In this document: positions 50,816 to 60,267 of the stretch, one piece after another
How positions within the stretch are numbered: the stretch's first letter is position 1
Layout: the number at the start of each line of letters is the position of its first letter
Source: an uncultured bacterium
Lineage (GTDB): Bacteria > Krumholzibacteriota > Krumholzibacteriia > Krumholzibacteriales > Krumholzibacteriaceae
DNA: 64,000 nt
Direction: 5' to 3'
Assembly: GCA_963786935.1 (NCBI GenBank)
Contig: CAWBAN010000001.1
Span: 992,001-1,056,000, forward strand
Notes under the pieces: model-generated
The model's database searches: none
Told to the model about the DNA's origin: nothing
Seen by the model: only the letters and a program-made list of their open reading frames with translations
Program-made: the position numbers and the translations under genes

Positions 50816-51250
50816 CTAGAGCTCCAGAGCCTGCGGCTTCTGGGCTTCGTGCGGATGCTGCGATCCCGCGTACACCTTGAGCTTCTTGAGCAGCCGTCTT
50901 CCGAGACGGTTATGGGGAAGCATCCCCTTGACCGCGTGCATGATGACGAACTGCGGATTCTTCGCGATCGCGTCCTTGTACGCCGTCATGCGGAGACCGC
51001 CGGGATAGCCCGTGTACCGCCAGTAGGTCTTCATCCCGGGCTTCTTTCCCGAGAGCGCGACGTTCGAGGCGTTCACGATGACGACGAAATCGCCGTGGTC
51101 CATGAAGGGCGCGTAGCCGACCTTCCCCTTGCCCTTGAGAACCTGCGCGACCTTGGAAGCGAGTCTGCCGAGCGGCTTCCCGGTCGCATCGACGACGTAC
51201 CAGTCGCGGCGAACCTCGCTCGCCTTCAAAATGGTTGTTTTCTGATGCAT
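50816..51250 (-). CDS. rplM: 50S ribosomal protein L13
   Basis: WYVVDA, LGRLAS, GYPGG, GMLP, HPHEAQKP. Confidence 0.97.
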   Translation of the reverse strand: MHQKTTILKASEVRRDWYVVDATGKPLGRLASKVAQVLKGKGKVGYAPFMDHGDFVVIVNASNVALSGKKPGMKTYWRYTGYPGGLRMTAYKDAIAKNPQFVIMHAVKGMLPHNRLGRRLLKKLKVYAGSQHPHEAQKPQALEL

Positions 51251-51308
51251 CGTTTTCCTCCAAACGGACATATTAATGCTTGCTCGCGATTTGCTCGCGA
51301 AACAACAA

Positions 51309-51337
51309 AATATATACGCGGCAATGAATTATGTCAA
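51309..51337 (-). promoter_or_regulatory. Sigma70 promoter for rplM-rpsI-rpsB-tsf
   Basis: TTGACA-N17-TATATT. Confidence 0.75.
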
Positions 51338-51384
51338 GCTCCATTCGGAGCGGCCGCATTCCGATCTCGCCCGCCTCTGCGCGC

Positions 51385-52524
51385 TCATCGGCGGGTTCCG
51401 GCGCCGCCCGGGGGCGAATCTGACATTTTATTTATTTTCAATGCATTAGGGGCTTCTATGACGCCGCACTCGGTAATGATGGCCGCGATGAGTGGCGCCG
51501 GCGTGACGTCGAAGGCCGGATTGTAAGCGACCGTTCCTTCCGGCGCGATTCGTGTTCCCCCGCACGAGACCACCTCGGCGGACGGGCGCTCCTCGATCGG
51601 GATGTCACGGCCGGACGCGGCGCGAAGATCGAAGGTCGACCACGGCGCTGCGACGTAGAGCGGTCTCCTGTACTTCTCGCAGAGCACGGCGAGACCGAGC
51701 GTGCCGATCTTGTTCGCCGTGTCTCCGTTGGCGGCGATCCGGTCGGCGCCGACGATCGCCGCGTCCACCGAACCCTTCGCGAACAGAGACGCCGCTGCTC
51801 CGTCGCAGAGAAGCGTATGGGGGATTCCCCGTTTCCCGAGCTCCCATGCCGTGAGACGCGCGCCCTGCAGGAGGGGACGCGTTTCGTCGACATACACGTG
51901 AAATCGCTTTCCCTCTTCCCATGCCGCATAGAGAACCCCGAGCGCGGTGCCGTACCCGGCGGTCGCGAGACCTCCCGCGTTGCAGTGGGTCAGGACATTC
52001 ATGCCGTCCCGGATGAAAACCGCGCCGTTCCTCCCGATCGAGTATTCGATCTCGAGTTCCTCGGCGTGAATGGCGAACGCTTCGTTCGCGACAGCCTCGC
52101 ACACGGCTGCGGCGTCGTCCCCCGCCCCCGCGGCCGAGCGCGTCATCCGCTCGACGGCCCACGCGAGGTTCACCGCGGTCGGCCTCGTCGCGGCGAGGCA
52201 CTCGCGGGCGGCGGCCAGCGCGGCGCGCAGCTCTCCCGCGTCGAGCCCGGCGACGTCGATGGCCGGCGCTCTTTCCGCCCGGTCGAAGAAGTACCCGCGC
52301 GGCGGCCGCATGCGCCCGGCGAGGTAGCTCTCGAGCGAGATAAGCATTCCGTACGCCGCGGCGATGCCGATCGCCGGGGCGCCCCGGACGCGGAGCGACG
52401 TGATTGCCTGGGCCGTCTCCTCGAGCCCGTCGAGACGGACGATCAGCTCCTCGCGGGGAAGACGCGTCTGATCGATGATCTCGACCGCCCCTCGGCGATA
52501 ATCGACGGTGGGAATGATGGTCAC
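51385..52524 (-). CDS. mtnA: S-methyl-5-thioribose-1-phosphate isomerase
   Basis: VRGAPAIG, TRPTAVNL, THCNAG, ETRP.LQGARLT, GADRI, NKIGT. Confidence 0.95.
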   Translation of the reverse strand: MTIIPTVDYRRGAVEIIDQTRLPREELIVRLDGLEETAQAITSLRVRGAPAIGIAAAYGMLISLESYLAGRMRPPRGYFFDRAERAPAIDVAGLDAGELRAALAAARECLAATRPTAVNLAWAVERMTRSAAGAGDDAAAVCEAVANEAFAIHAEELEIEYSIGRNGAVFIRDGMNVLTHCNAGGLATAGYGTALGVLYAAWEEGKRFHVYVDETRPLLQGARLTAWELGKRGIPHTLLCDGAAASLFAKGSVDAAIVGADRIAANGDTANKIGTLGLAVLCEKYRRPLYVAAPWSTFDLRAASGRDIPIEERPSAEVVSCGGTRIAPEGTVAYNPAFDVTPAPLIAAIITECGVIEAPNALKINKMSDSPPGGAGTRR

Positions 52525-53120
52525 GATCGATTCCTTTCGAGCCGCGAGAGCATGTCGAAGAGCAGGCGCACCGGCAGCCCGACGACGTTGAAGTAGCAAC
52601 CGTCGATCTTCTCGACGAAGGGCGCCGCGTAGCCCTGTATCGCGTACGCGCCGGCCTTGCCGAACGGCTCGCCGGTCGCGACGTATCGCGCGACCTCCTC
52701 ATCGGACAGGACCCGGAACCGGACACTCGTCCGCTCCGCCTCGCAGAGGCGACGCCCGTCCGGCGCCACGACCGCAACACCGGTCACTACCTCGTGCGTC
52801 CGGCCGGAGAGCGCGCGCAGCATCGACACGGCGTCGGCCTCGTCGGCGGGTTTCCCGAGCCTCGCCGCTCCGCACACGACGATCGTGTCGGCGGCGACGA
52901 TCGTCGAGCCCGGCCGCGCGCGGCGCGCCGCGTCCGCCTTCCGCTCGGCGGCGAAGATCGTGAAGAGCGCGTGATCCGCGCACTCGATGCCGGTCTCGTC
53001 GACACCGGTCGGGAGCACCTCGAACTCGAAGCCGAGCCGCTCGAGAATCTCGCTGCGGCGCGGGGACGCGGAGGCGAGCACGAGATTGCGCTGCAGCTCG
53101 GTTCCCAGAAACGGATTCAT
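52521..53120 (-). CDS. maf: Maf-family nucleoside triphosphate pyrophosphatase
   Basis: LASASPRR, ADT, GKP, KAGAYAIQG, NVVGLP. Confidence 0.95.
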   Translation of the reverse strand: MNPFLGTELQRNLVLASASPRRSEILERLGFEFEVLPTGVDETGIECADHALFTIFAAERKADAARRARPGSTIVAADTIVVCGAARLGKPADEADAVSMLRALSGRTHEVVTGVAVVAPDGRRLCEAERTSVRFRVLSDEEVARYVATGEPFGKAGAYAIQGYAAPFVEKIDGCYFNVVGLPVRLLFDMLSRLERNRS

Positions 53121-53136
53121 CGCCGGTACCGCTCCC

Positions 53137-53589
53137 TCACGCCTCGCCGGCGCCGCGGTCGATGAGGAGCGTCACGGGACCGTCGTTCACGAGACGTACG
53201 CTCATCTTCGCGCCGAACACGCCGGCGGCGACCTTCGGATAGAGGCTTTTCAGATGATCGAGGAATCTCTCGTACAGCGCGCGCGCCTCGTCGGCCGGGG
53301 CGCTCTCGAGGAAATCGGGGCGTCTGCCCTTCCGGCAATCGCCGTACAGGGTGAATTGCGACACGACGAGCAGCTCCCCCCCTCGATCGAGCACGGAGCG
53401 GTTCATCTTGCCGTCCTCGTCCTCGAAGATCCTGAGATCGAGACACTTCCGCGCCATCCACTCGAGATCCCGCTCCGCGTCGCCGCTCCTGAACGCGGCG
53501 AGCACGAGGAGCCCCGGCCCGATCGACGATACGACCGCGCCGCCGACCGTGACGCTCGCCTCGCTCACCCGCTGCACGACGACGCGCAT
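53137..53589 (-). CDS. dtd: D-aminoacyl-tRNA deacylase
   Basis: [19 protein letters not shown]. Confidence 0.96.
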   Translation of the reverse strand: MRVVVQRVSEASVTVGGAVVSSIGPGLLVLAAFRSGDAERDLEWMARKCLDLRIFEDEDGKMNRSVLDRGGELLVVSQFTLYGDCRKGRRPDFLESAPADEARALYERFLDHLKSLYPKVAAGVFGAKMSVRLVNDGPVTLLIDRGAGEA

Positions 53590-53608
53590 CGCGCGCACCC
53601 CCGCTCGA

Positions 53609-55342
53609 TCAGCCGGCCGCGCGCTCCCCGACGCCCCGCTCCTCCTCCGAGAAACGAATCGCGACGATCTGGAGCTGCGGCTCGATCTTGCCCTGATAGA
53701 CGTTTTTCCTGAGATTGATGAGGACGTCGAGCCGCTTGTCGACGACGTCGGCGGGCTTCCACGTCCCCGCGAGAGAGAATCCGATGAGATCGCGCGCGTC
53801 CCCGTGCCGGTCGCGCGCCTCGAGCTTGAGGTGCCCGTCCCCGACGACCCGCGTGCCCGGCTGCGCGGTGATATCGCGAATCATGAGCACCGGCTCCGGA
53901 TTGCCCGGGCCGAACGGCCCGAGTCGCTCGATGAACGAGAAGAGGGAGAGGGTGCAATCGCCGAGGGGAACCTCCGCGTCAGCCTTGAATATGGCGGGCG
54001 CAGCGGGACCCGTGGAGAGCTCCACCACGATCTCCTCGAACATCATCTGGAACTCGGGTATTGCCTCCTCCCGGATGCTGAACCCACCCGCCTCCTTGTG
54101 CCCTCCGAACTCGATGAGATGCTCGGCGCAGCGCTCGAGCGCTTCCTTGACGTTCACCTTGCCCGCAGAGCGAACGGAGCCCTTGCCGATACCATCCTGA
54201 ACGGCGATGAGCACGGCCGGAATGTTATACCGCTCGGCAAGGCGCGCCGCCGCGATTCCCACGACCCCCTGGTGCCAATCCGGACCCGAGAACACGAGCG
54301 CGCTTGGCTCATGGTGCCAGACGCGGTATTCGGCCGATTTGACGGCTTGCTCGATGACCCTGTTGCCCTTTTCCTTGCGAAGATCATTGTTCTTCTCTAT
54401 CTCATCGGCAATCTTCTCCGCTTCATTATCATCTCTGGTGATCAGCAATTCAACTGCGGCGCGCGCGCTTCCGATCCGCCCCGGCGAGTTGAGCCTCGGT
54501 ATCAAGGTGAAGCTCACCTGCCGCGTCGAGAAACCGGTCGCCGGCAAGCCGCTCCTCGCCCGCAGCGCGCGCAGGCCGGGGCGCCTCCACTGCTGGAGAA
54601 GCTCGAATCCTTCGGCGACGATGACGCGATTCTCGTCGCGCATCGCGCCGCTGTCGCCGAGCGTTCCGAGCGCAACGAGGTCGAGATGCTCCCGGAGCTT
54701 CAGATCGAGCCCCATCGTCCGCTCGAGCCCCTGGAGGAGCTTGAACGCCACTCCCGCTCCGGTGAGCTCCCTGAAGGGATAGGTCTCGCCGGGGAGCTTC
54801 GGATTGATGAAGGCGTGCGCGCCGCTCACGCGCTCGCTCGTTTCGTGATGATCGGTGATGACGACCGTGACGCCGCGCTCCACGAGCGTCGCGATGACCT
54901 CGCCGTCGCTCGAGCCGCAATCGACGGAGAGCACGAGCTTGAGCCCCGTCTCGAAGCCGCGATCCATCACGCGCCGCGCGAGCCCGTATCCGTCCTTCGC
55001 GCGATCGGGCACGAAGAAATGCACGTCGGCGCCGAGCTTGACGAGCACCTCGAAGAGGAGCGCCGTGCCGCAGACGCCGTCGGCGTCGTAATCCCCGTGA
55101 ACGAGAATGCGATCGCCGCGCGCGATCGCCTCGTGCAGGAGACGCGTCGCGTTCTCCATCTCTCTGAACAGGAACGGGTCATGAAGCTGCCCGAACTTCG
55201 GATTGATGAACCGGATCCCGTCCTCGACGCTCCGAACGCCCCTCGATGCGAGCAGCCGCGCCTCGAGCGGCTCGAGCAGCAGCTCCCGGGCGAGCTCGCT
55301 CTCGAGCCGTTCGTCGGCCGGTTGGATTTCCCAGATCTGCAT
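53609..55342 (-). CDS. recJ: Single-stranded DNA exonuclease RecJ
   Basis: [28 protein letters not shown]. Confidence 0.95.
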   Translation of the reverse strand: MQIWEIQPADERLESELARELLLEPLEARLLASRGVRSVEDGIRFINPKFGQLHDPFLFREMENATRLLHEAIARGDRILVHGDYDADGVCGTALLFEVLVKLGADVHFFVPDRAKDGYGLARRVMDRGFETGLKLVLSVDCGSSDGEVIATLVERGVTVVITDHHETSERVSGAHAFINPKLPGETYPFRELTGAGVAFKLLQGLERTMGLDLKLREHLDLVALGTLGDSGAMRDENRVIVAEGFELLQQWRRPGLRALRARSGLPATGFSTRQVSFTLIPRLNSPGRIGSARAAVELLITRDDNEAEKIADEIEKNNDLRKEKGNRVIEQAVKSAEYRVWHHEPSALVFSGPDWHQGVVGIAAARLAERYNIPAVLIAVQDGIGKGSVRSAGKVNVKEALERCAEHLIEFGGHKEAGGFSIREEAIPEFQMMFEEIVVELSTGPAAPAIFKADAEVPLGDCTLSLFSFIERLGPFGPGNPEPVLMIRDITAQPGTRVVGDGHLKLEARDRHGDARDLIGFSLAGTWKPADVVDKRLDVLINLRKNVYQGKIEPQLQIVAIRFSEEERGVGERAAG

Positions 55343-55385
55343 CGCGGATCCCGTCTCTCCCGGCGCGGGAGCGCCGTGTAAGCGA

Positions 55386-55750
55386 GCGACGGCGGAGGGG
55401 ACTTGTAAGCCGGGTTCTGTGCCCTTGCGGGCGGTGATCATTTATCTCGGACCGACGTTGCCGGCGGTCTCCAGCGACCTACCCGAGAGTATGGCGAAGC
55501 GGGCCGCTTCTCCTCTCCTATTTGGTCTTTCTCCGGGTGGGGTTTGCCGAGCTGCCGCCGTCGCCGGCGGCACTGGTGAGCTCTTACCTCGCCTTTTCAC
55601 CCTTACCTCCGAAACCGGAGGCGGTGTATTTTCTGTGGCACTTTCCTTGGGGTCACCCCCACTGGGCGTTACCCAGCACCCTGCCCTCTGGAGCCCGGAC
55701 TTTCCTCGAGCGCTCGCGCGCCGCGATCACCCCGTCTCCTCTGCCGTCGC
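55386..55750 (-). ncRNA. rnpB: RNase P RNA (type A)
   Basis: GAGGAAAGTCCGGGCTCC near the 5' end, AGTGCCACAGAAA, ACAGAACCCGGCTTAC near the 3' end; complementary termini. Ends approximate. Confidence 0.95.
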
Positions 55751-55865
55751 ATTTTTCTCGTTGCGATCGAGGGGAATATAGCACGGCTCGGGGAAAAGGT
55801 AAAGCGCGAAGGCCCCGGGCCCTGAAGGCGCCGGGGCCGGGCGCCGAAGGAAACGGATCGGCGCG

Positions 55866-56444
55866 CTACGAAGCGTCGCCCCCGTCGAGCGCCGCGTTCG
55901 CGAGACGATCGGCCGCGCGGTTCTCTTCCCGCCGCACGTGCTCGAACGCGCACGCCGCGAAGTGCCGCGCCTCGGCGGCGACCTCGCGGGCGAGCGGCGC
56001 GAGATCGGCGCTCTTGATCCGGTACGCGCCGGTGAGCTGCTTCGCCACGAGCTCGCTGTCGACGCGGACCGTGAGATCCCGCACGCCGATCTCCCGCGCG
56101 AGCTTCAAACCTTCGATGACCGCGCGGTACTCGGCGACGTTGTTGGTCGCCCTCCCGATTTTCTTCGCGACGGAAACGAGCTCCTCGCCGGTGGGGAGAT
56201 ACACGATCGCGGCGATCGCCGAGGGGCCCGGATTGCCGCGGGATGCGCCGTCGGCGTGCATGATCGCACGATCGACGCCGCGCCCCGCGCCGGCGGCGGG
56301 GGCCTCCGGAAGCGACGCGGAGAGCGCCTCGATCGCGGCGATCGCCTCGGCGCGCGACGCGAATCCGGCGGACTCCCAGCCCTCGTCGAGCGGGCGTCCG
56401 GCCGCGATCAGGGCGAGAAGCGTCTTCAGGCTCTTCGGTTTCAT
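55866..56444 (-). CDS. rnhA: Ribonuclease HI family protein with N-terminal extension
   Basis: DGASRGNPG, TNNVAEY, VDSELV, HVRREEN..ADRLAN. Confidence 0.9.
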   Translation of the reverse strand: MKPKSLKTLLALIAAGRPLDEGWESAGFASRAEAIAAIEALSASLPEAPAAGAGRGVDRAIMHADGASRGNPGPSAIAAIVYLPTGEELVSVAKKIGRATNNVAEYRAVIEGLKLAREIGVRDLTVRVDSELVAKQLTGAYRIKSADLAPLAREVAAEARHFAACAFEHVRREENRAADRLANAALDGGDAS

Positions 56445-56459
56445 CGGACCGCCGGCCGC

Positions 56460-57179
56460 TCAGCCGTTTTCGTAGTGCACGAGGATCCTGCCGCAGACCT
56501 CGCACGTCATGATCCGGTTGTTTCTGCGGACCTCGACGGCCGTCTGGGGAGGCACGCGCGAGTAGCAGCCCTGGCAGATGTCCCCCACGAGATTCGCCAC
56601 GCCCGAATCCCCCTTCGCCGTCCTGATCCGGGCGTACAGGCGCCGGATCTCCTCCGAAATATGCGGCATGATGCGGAGCTTTTCGTCCTCGATGATCTTG
56701 AGCGAGTCGTCCGCGGCGGTCGCCTCGCCCTGGAGCCGGTCGCGCTCGGCGACGAGCCTTCCCCGCTCGCCGCTCATCCTCTCGGTAAGCGCGGCGATCT
56801 CCCCCCGCCGGACCTCCCCTTCCTCGAGAATGACCATCATGCGCTCCTCGGCCTCGTTGATCTTCTTGCCGATGAACTCCATCTCGGTGATGATCGCGCG
56901 ATAGAGCTTGTTGTCCTTGATCGTCGCCTGCTCCGCTTTCTTCTTCGTGAGATCCTCGTTGAACGACTTGATCTCCAGCTCGATATGCCGCTTCTCGTGG
57001 TCGAGCTTCTCGATGATCCGTTTCGTTTCGCTCAGGCTCTCATCCATTTTCTTGATTTCCCGGTCGATCGCCTTGATCCGGGGAGGGATCGATTCGAGAA
57101 TCTTCCGCTTCTCCTTGATCTCGATATCCTTCCTGACGATCTGGATGAGATACTGAATATCCTCCTCGACGGTCGGCAT
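56460..57179 (-). CDS. Coiled-coil protein with C4-type zinc ribbon (DUF164/CT398-like)
   Basis: Long coiled coil, CQGC...CEVCGRIL; typical position before rnhA-rnpB. Confidence 0.9.
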   Translation of the reverse strand: MPTVEEDIQYLIQIVRKDIEIKEKRKILESIPPRIKAIDREIKKMDESLSETKRIIEKLDHEKRHIELEIKSFNEDLTKKKAEQATIKDNKLYRAIITEMEFIGKKINEAEERMMVILEEGEVRRGEIAALTERMSGERGRLVAERDRLQGEATAADDSLKIIEDEKLRIMPHISEEIRRLYARIRTAKGDSGVANLVGDICQGCYSRVPPQTAVEVRRNNRIMTCEVCGRILVHYENG

Positions 57180-57195
57180 AGATCATCCTTTCTGC

Positions 57196-57228
57196 AAAAA
57201 AAGAATGCTTCCCACGAGGGAAGCATTC
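57196..57228 (-). terminator. Intrinsic terminator directly upstream of the zinc-ribbon gene RBS
   Basis: GAATGCTTCCC-TCGT-GGGAAGCATTC followed by T7. Confidence 0.75.
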
Positions 57229-57356
57229 ACCCTATCCCGCAACGAGGAATCGGCGCGTACAGCTTCGATTCCTCCGGTATTTTTCCGTATGTTCGATCAA
57301 TCGAGACATTCCCGCCCTGCGCGCCGCGCCATTGCTCCGAACGTAATGAAACATGC

Positions 57357-57385
57357 AGTTTACAGAAACGTCCGAACGGGGTCAA
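57357..57385 (-). promoter_or_regulatory. Sigma70-like promoter
   Basis: TTGACC-N17-TAAACT. Confidence 0.6.
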
Positions 57386-57400
57386 GCGATTTTCCATATG

Positions 57401-57429
57401 AAAACGGGAGGCGCGGGCGGCGCCTCCCG
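57401..57429 (-). terminator. Intrinsic terminator after the YCF48-like gene
   Basis: CGGGAGGCGC/GCGCCTCCCG 10-bp stem followed by TTTT on the minus strand. Confidence 0.65.
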
Positions 57430-57468
57430 GATCGTTTCCGCGGACGCACGGGCGCGCCCCGCGGGCGC

Positions 57469-58560
57469 TCACCGATCGAGCGATTCCTGCAGGCCTTGGA
57501 GCGCCGTGAAATCGTAGGCGAAGTCCCTGATCGACCAGGTCGTCCCTCCGTCGAACGTGCGGAGCAGGATGGAGTGCTTGAGATACACGTCCCCCACCTG
57601 CTCGTCCGCGCCGCGGCCGGCCACCCATCCGTTGTTCTCGTCGACGAAGTGGACGCTCCTGAGATCCCTGATGCGGTCGTCTTTCGGCGTCACGTTCTGC
57701 CAGGTGGCGCCGCCGTCGACCGTCCGGAGAATCGTCTTCCCGCCGACCGCGAAGCCGCGCGCGGCGGAGTGGAAATAGAACTCGCGCACCGTCGCGACGG
57801 CGGCCTGCGTCGTCCACGTCTCCCCGCCGTCCGTCGTCTTCATGATGACCCCGCCGCCCGCCCATCCCGTCGTCCCGTCGACGAAGCAGATCGCGAGCAC
57901 GGTTTTGAGAACCGAGGCCTTCGATCCGGCGACGGCCGCCCAGCTCGCTCCCCCGTTCGTCGTCCGGTACAAGAGGGACGGATCGGGATCGGTGTAGCGG
58001 CTCCCGAGAAGATAGCCGGTCCGGTCGTCCGGGAAGCTCATGTCCCACGCGCCGCGGTACGGCACGACCGGCAGCCAGTTGTTCACCCAGTCGCCCCCGG
58101 CGTTCTCGGTCTTGTACACGCCCCCGTAGCCGAGGATGTATCCGAGATTCTCGTTGAAGAACGCTATTTTGTAGAAATCCTCGTCGACCGGGAAGCCCGA
58201 CGCCGTCACCTTCGCCCACTCCCCGCCGCCGTCGACGCTATGATAGATGGTGCCGTCCTTGCCGACGACCCATCCGTTCGTTCGATCGATGAACTGCAGA
58301 TCGTTCAGGTTCTGCCCGTCGATCACCGTGCCCTTCCACGTTTTTCCGCCGTCGGCCGTCACGATGAGGGTGCCGAGCGCGCCGGCGACGCTGCCGAAAT
58401 CGGAGTCTTGAAAGTAGACGTCGGTCGCGCCGCAGATGATGCTCTCGACCGGGGGGGTATCCTTCGGCGCGGCGACCTCGTCCTTCGCGCAGGAGTGAAT
58501 CTCGAAGTACACGAAGAGAATGACGCAGATCGCGAGCAGAATGCTTCTCCTCAGTTGCAT
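57469..58560 (-). CDS. YCF48/BNR-repeat beta-propeller protein, probably exported
   Basis: Repeated Asp-box units (TADGGKTW, SVDGGGEW, TTNGGASW, TTDGGETW, TVDGGATW, TFDGGTTW); N-terminal signal. Confidence 0.85.
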   Translation of the reverse strand: MQLRRSILLAICVILFVYFEIHSCAKDEVAAPKDTPPVESIICGATDVYFQDSDFGSVAGALGTLIVTADGGKTWKGTVIDGQNLNDLQFIDRTNGWVVGKDGTIYHSVDGGGEWAKVTASGFPVDEDFYKIAFFNENLGYILGYGGVYKTENAGGDWVNNWLPVVPYRGAWDMSFPDDRTGYLLGSRYTDPDPSLLYRTTNGGASWAAVAGSKASVLKTVLAICFVDGTTGWAGGGVIMKTTDGGETWTTQAAVATVREFYFHSAARGFAVGGKTILRTVDGGATWQNVTPKDDRIRDLRSVHFVDENNGWVAGRGADEQVGDVYLKHSILLRTFDGGTTWSIRDFAYDFTALQGLQESLDR

Positions 58561-58733
58561 TTTGAACCCCCCAGTGCGAAAATGCGATATTCCTCTTTAC
58601 GGGAGAGCGGGCCGCACCGAATTCGCTCGTTGCATCTGTATATATTACAATATATTAGCACGGCCTGTCAATGGAGAATTCTCCCGGACCCTCCCGCCTT
58701 CGCTCACGAACCGTGCATGCGCAAGCTTCGGGC

Positions 58734-59201
58734 CTACACGAGGGACAATTCCATGTAAACGGGGTGCTCGCAGGGATTGTAGCAGTACGGGGCGCATTTC
58801 CTGAAGCCGATCGAGAGATACAGGGAGTTGGCCTCGGTCATCGATTCGAGGGTATCGAGCCTCATTGTCGTATAGCCGATCTCGCGGGCGCGAGCGACGA
58901 TCTCCCCGGCGAGCGCGCGGCCGACGCCATCGCCCCGGTGGGCCGGCTTGACGTAGAGGCGCTTCATCTCGCACACGCCGTCGCCGATCTTCCGCAGCGC
59001 CGCGCATCCGGCGGGCTCGCCGTCCACGTAGGCGACGACGATGGTTCCCTCCGGGGGGGCATACGCCCCCGGCAGCGTGTCGAGCTCGAGATCGAAGTTC
59101 TGGAAGCAGAGATCGATGTCGAGCGAGGCGGCGTAGTCCTCGAAGAGCCGCCGCACGAGCGGCATCTCCTCCGGTGCGCTCAGGTGAACCAGCGTATGCA
59201 T
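58734..59201 (-). CDS. GNAT family N-acetyltransferase
   Basis: EMKRLYV..AHRGDGVG, MRLDT, ANSLYLSIGF. Confidence 0.9.
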   Translation of the reverse strand: MHTLVHLSAPEEMPLVRRLFEDYAASLDIDLCFQNFDLELDTLPGAYAPPEGTIVVAYVDGEPAGCAALRKIGDGVCEMKRLYVKPAHRGDGVGRALAGEIVARAREIGYTTMRLDTLESMTEANSLYLSIGFRKCAPYCYNPCEHPVYMELSLV

Positions 59202-59276
59202 GGGCGTCAGATGAAGCGGGCGCGCCCGGCGAACAGCCGCGCGCGCCCGAACGTTGTCGTTCAGAACGACCGTTGC

Positions 59277-59918
59277 CTAGAACGGGAATCCGTAACCGAG
59301 CGTAACCCCGATGTTCGTGTTCTTGACGTCTCCGGCCTCGGCTCCCTCTACGCTCTTGTCGATCGTCTGCATGCCGACTTCATAGCTGGCGCTCAGGAAG
59401 ATCATGCCCTTCTCCAGCTTGTATCCGATTTCGGCGCCGCCGAGGATCCCGATATCCATGGATTCGGTATTATCCTTGATGTCCTCGGATCCGCCCTCTC
59501 CCTCAACCTTTGCCGACATGAGGAATCCGAAGGTGGGACCGGCGAAGATCGCGGGCTTTATCTTCCCCTCGGTCGGGATAGTGACCTTGAGGAGCAGAGG
59601 AACCGCGATGTAATCGATCTTCGCATCGACCGAGCCGGATTCTTCGCCCTCGCTCCACTCATACGTCGCGCCCTTCTGCATGTAAAGGCCCTCGACCTGA
59701 ATGGCGAAGAGCTCGGTGAAGGCGTAGTTGAAGAAAATGCCGCCGCCGAAGCCCATCTTCATCGAGGGATCCGTATCCTCAATGGTGGCGTCATCGCCGG
59801 TGAGATTCGACATATTGAGGCCGCCCTTGATGCCGAACATCATGCCTTCGGCGAACAGGGGGGCAGCGGTGAACAGCAGGACCGCCGCCAGCATCAGAGC
59901 AAACATGAACTTCTTCAT
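59277..59918 (-). CDS. Small outer membrane beta-barrel (porin/PorT-like)
   Basis: Signal peptide, FGIKGGLN, YMQKG, IDYIAVPLL, AGP, C-terminal aromatic residue. Confidence 0.85.
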   Translation of the reverse strand: MKKFMFALMLAAVLLFTAAPLFAEGMMFGIKGGLNMSNLTGDDATIEDTDPSMKMGFGGGIFFNYAFTELFAIQVEGLYMQKGATYEWSEGEESGSVDAKIDYIAVPLLLKVTIPTEGKIKPAIFAGPTFGFLMSAKVEGEGGSEDIKDNTESMDIGILGGAEIGYKLEKGMIFLSASYEVGMQTIDKSVEGAEAGDVKNTNIGVTLGYGFPF

Positions 59919-60183
59919 AACGTCCTTCCTTTCGAACAAACAAATTACATATTGCACGATCCGTATGTCAAACGATGGTTGCTGTTCGGCAATCACCTCC
60001 TCGAAGGTTGAACCTAGTCAACACTTTGGGCGATAGTTAATACGGAAGCTGTTTTCTTGGCAAGAAATATTTTCGATTTTTTTCATTTTTTCGGCGCGGC
60101 GAACAAGCCACGATTTCAACCCCAGGCGCGGCGCGCGCTTCGATGTTATACGCACGTGTCCCGGATAAGTTGCGAGGGATTGA

Positions 60184-60258
60184 TGGTGGGCCCACCAGGA
60201 TTCGAACCTGGGATCAACCGGTTATGAGCCGGGGGCTCTACCGCTGAGCTATGGGCCC
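60184..60258 (-). tRNA. tRNA with CAT anticodon, most likely tRNA-Ile2 (lysidine)
   Basis: GGGCCCATAGCTCAG...CCCGG-CTCATAA-CCGGT...GGTTCGAATCC...GGGCCCACCA. G1-C72 is paired (not fMet); it lies just downstream of rpoD, as does E. coli ileX. Confidence 0.9.
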
Positions 60259-60267
60259 GCTCCCGGA

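Noticed and set aside
57347..57372. Plus-strand SigW-like TGAAAC-N16-CGTC
   Set aside because: Points at no gene and overlaps a better minus-strand sigma70 promoter.
57469..60258. Genomic island integrated at the tRNA 3' end
   Set aside because: An AT-rich spacer is present, but no integrase, att duplication or mobile genes were seen.
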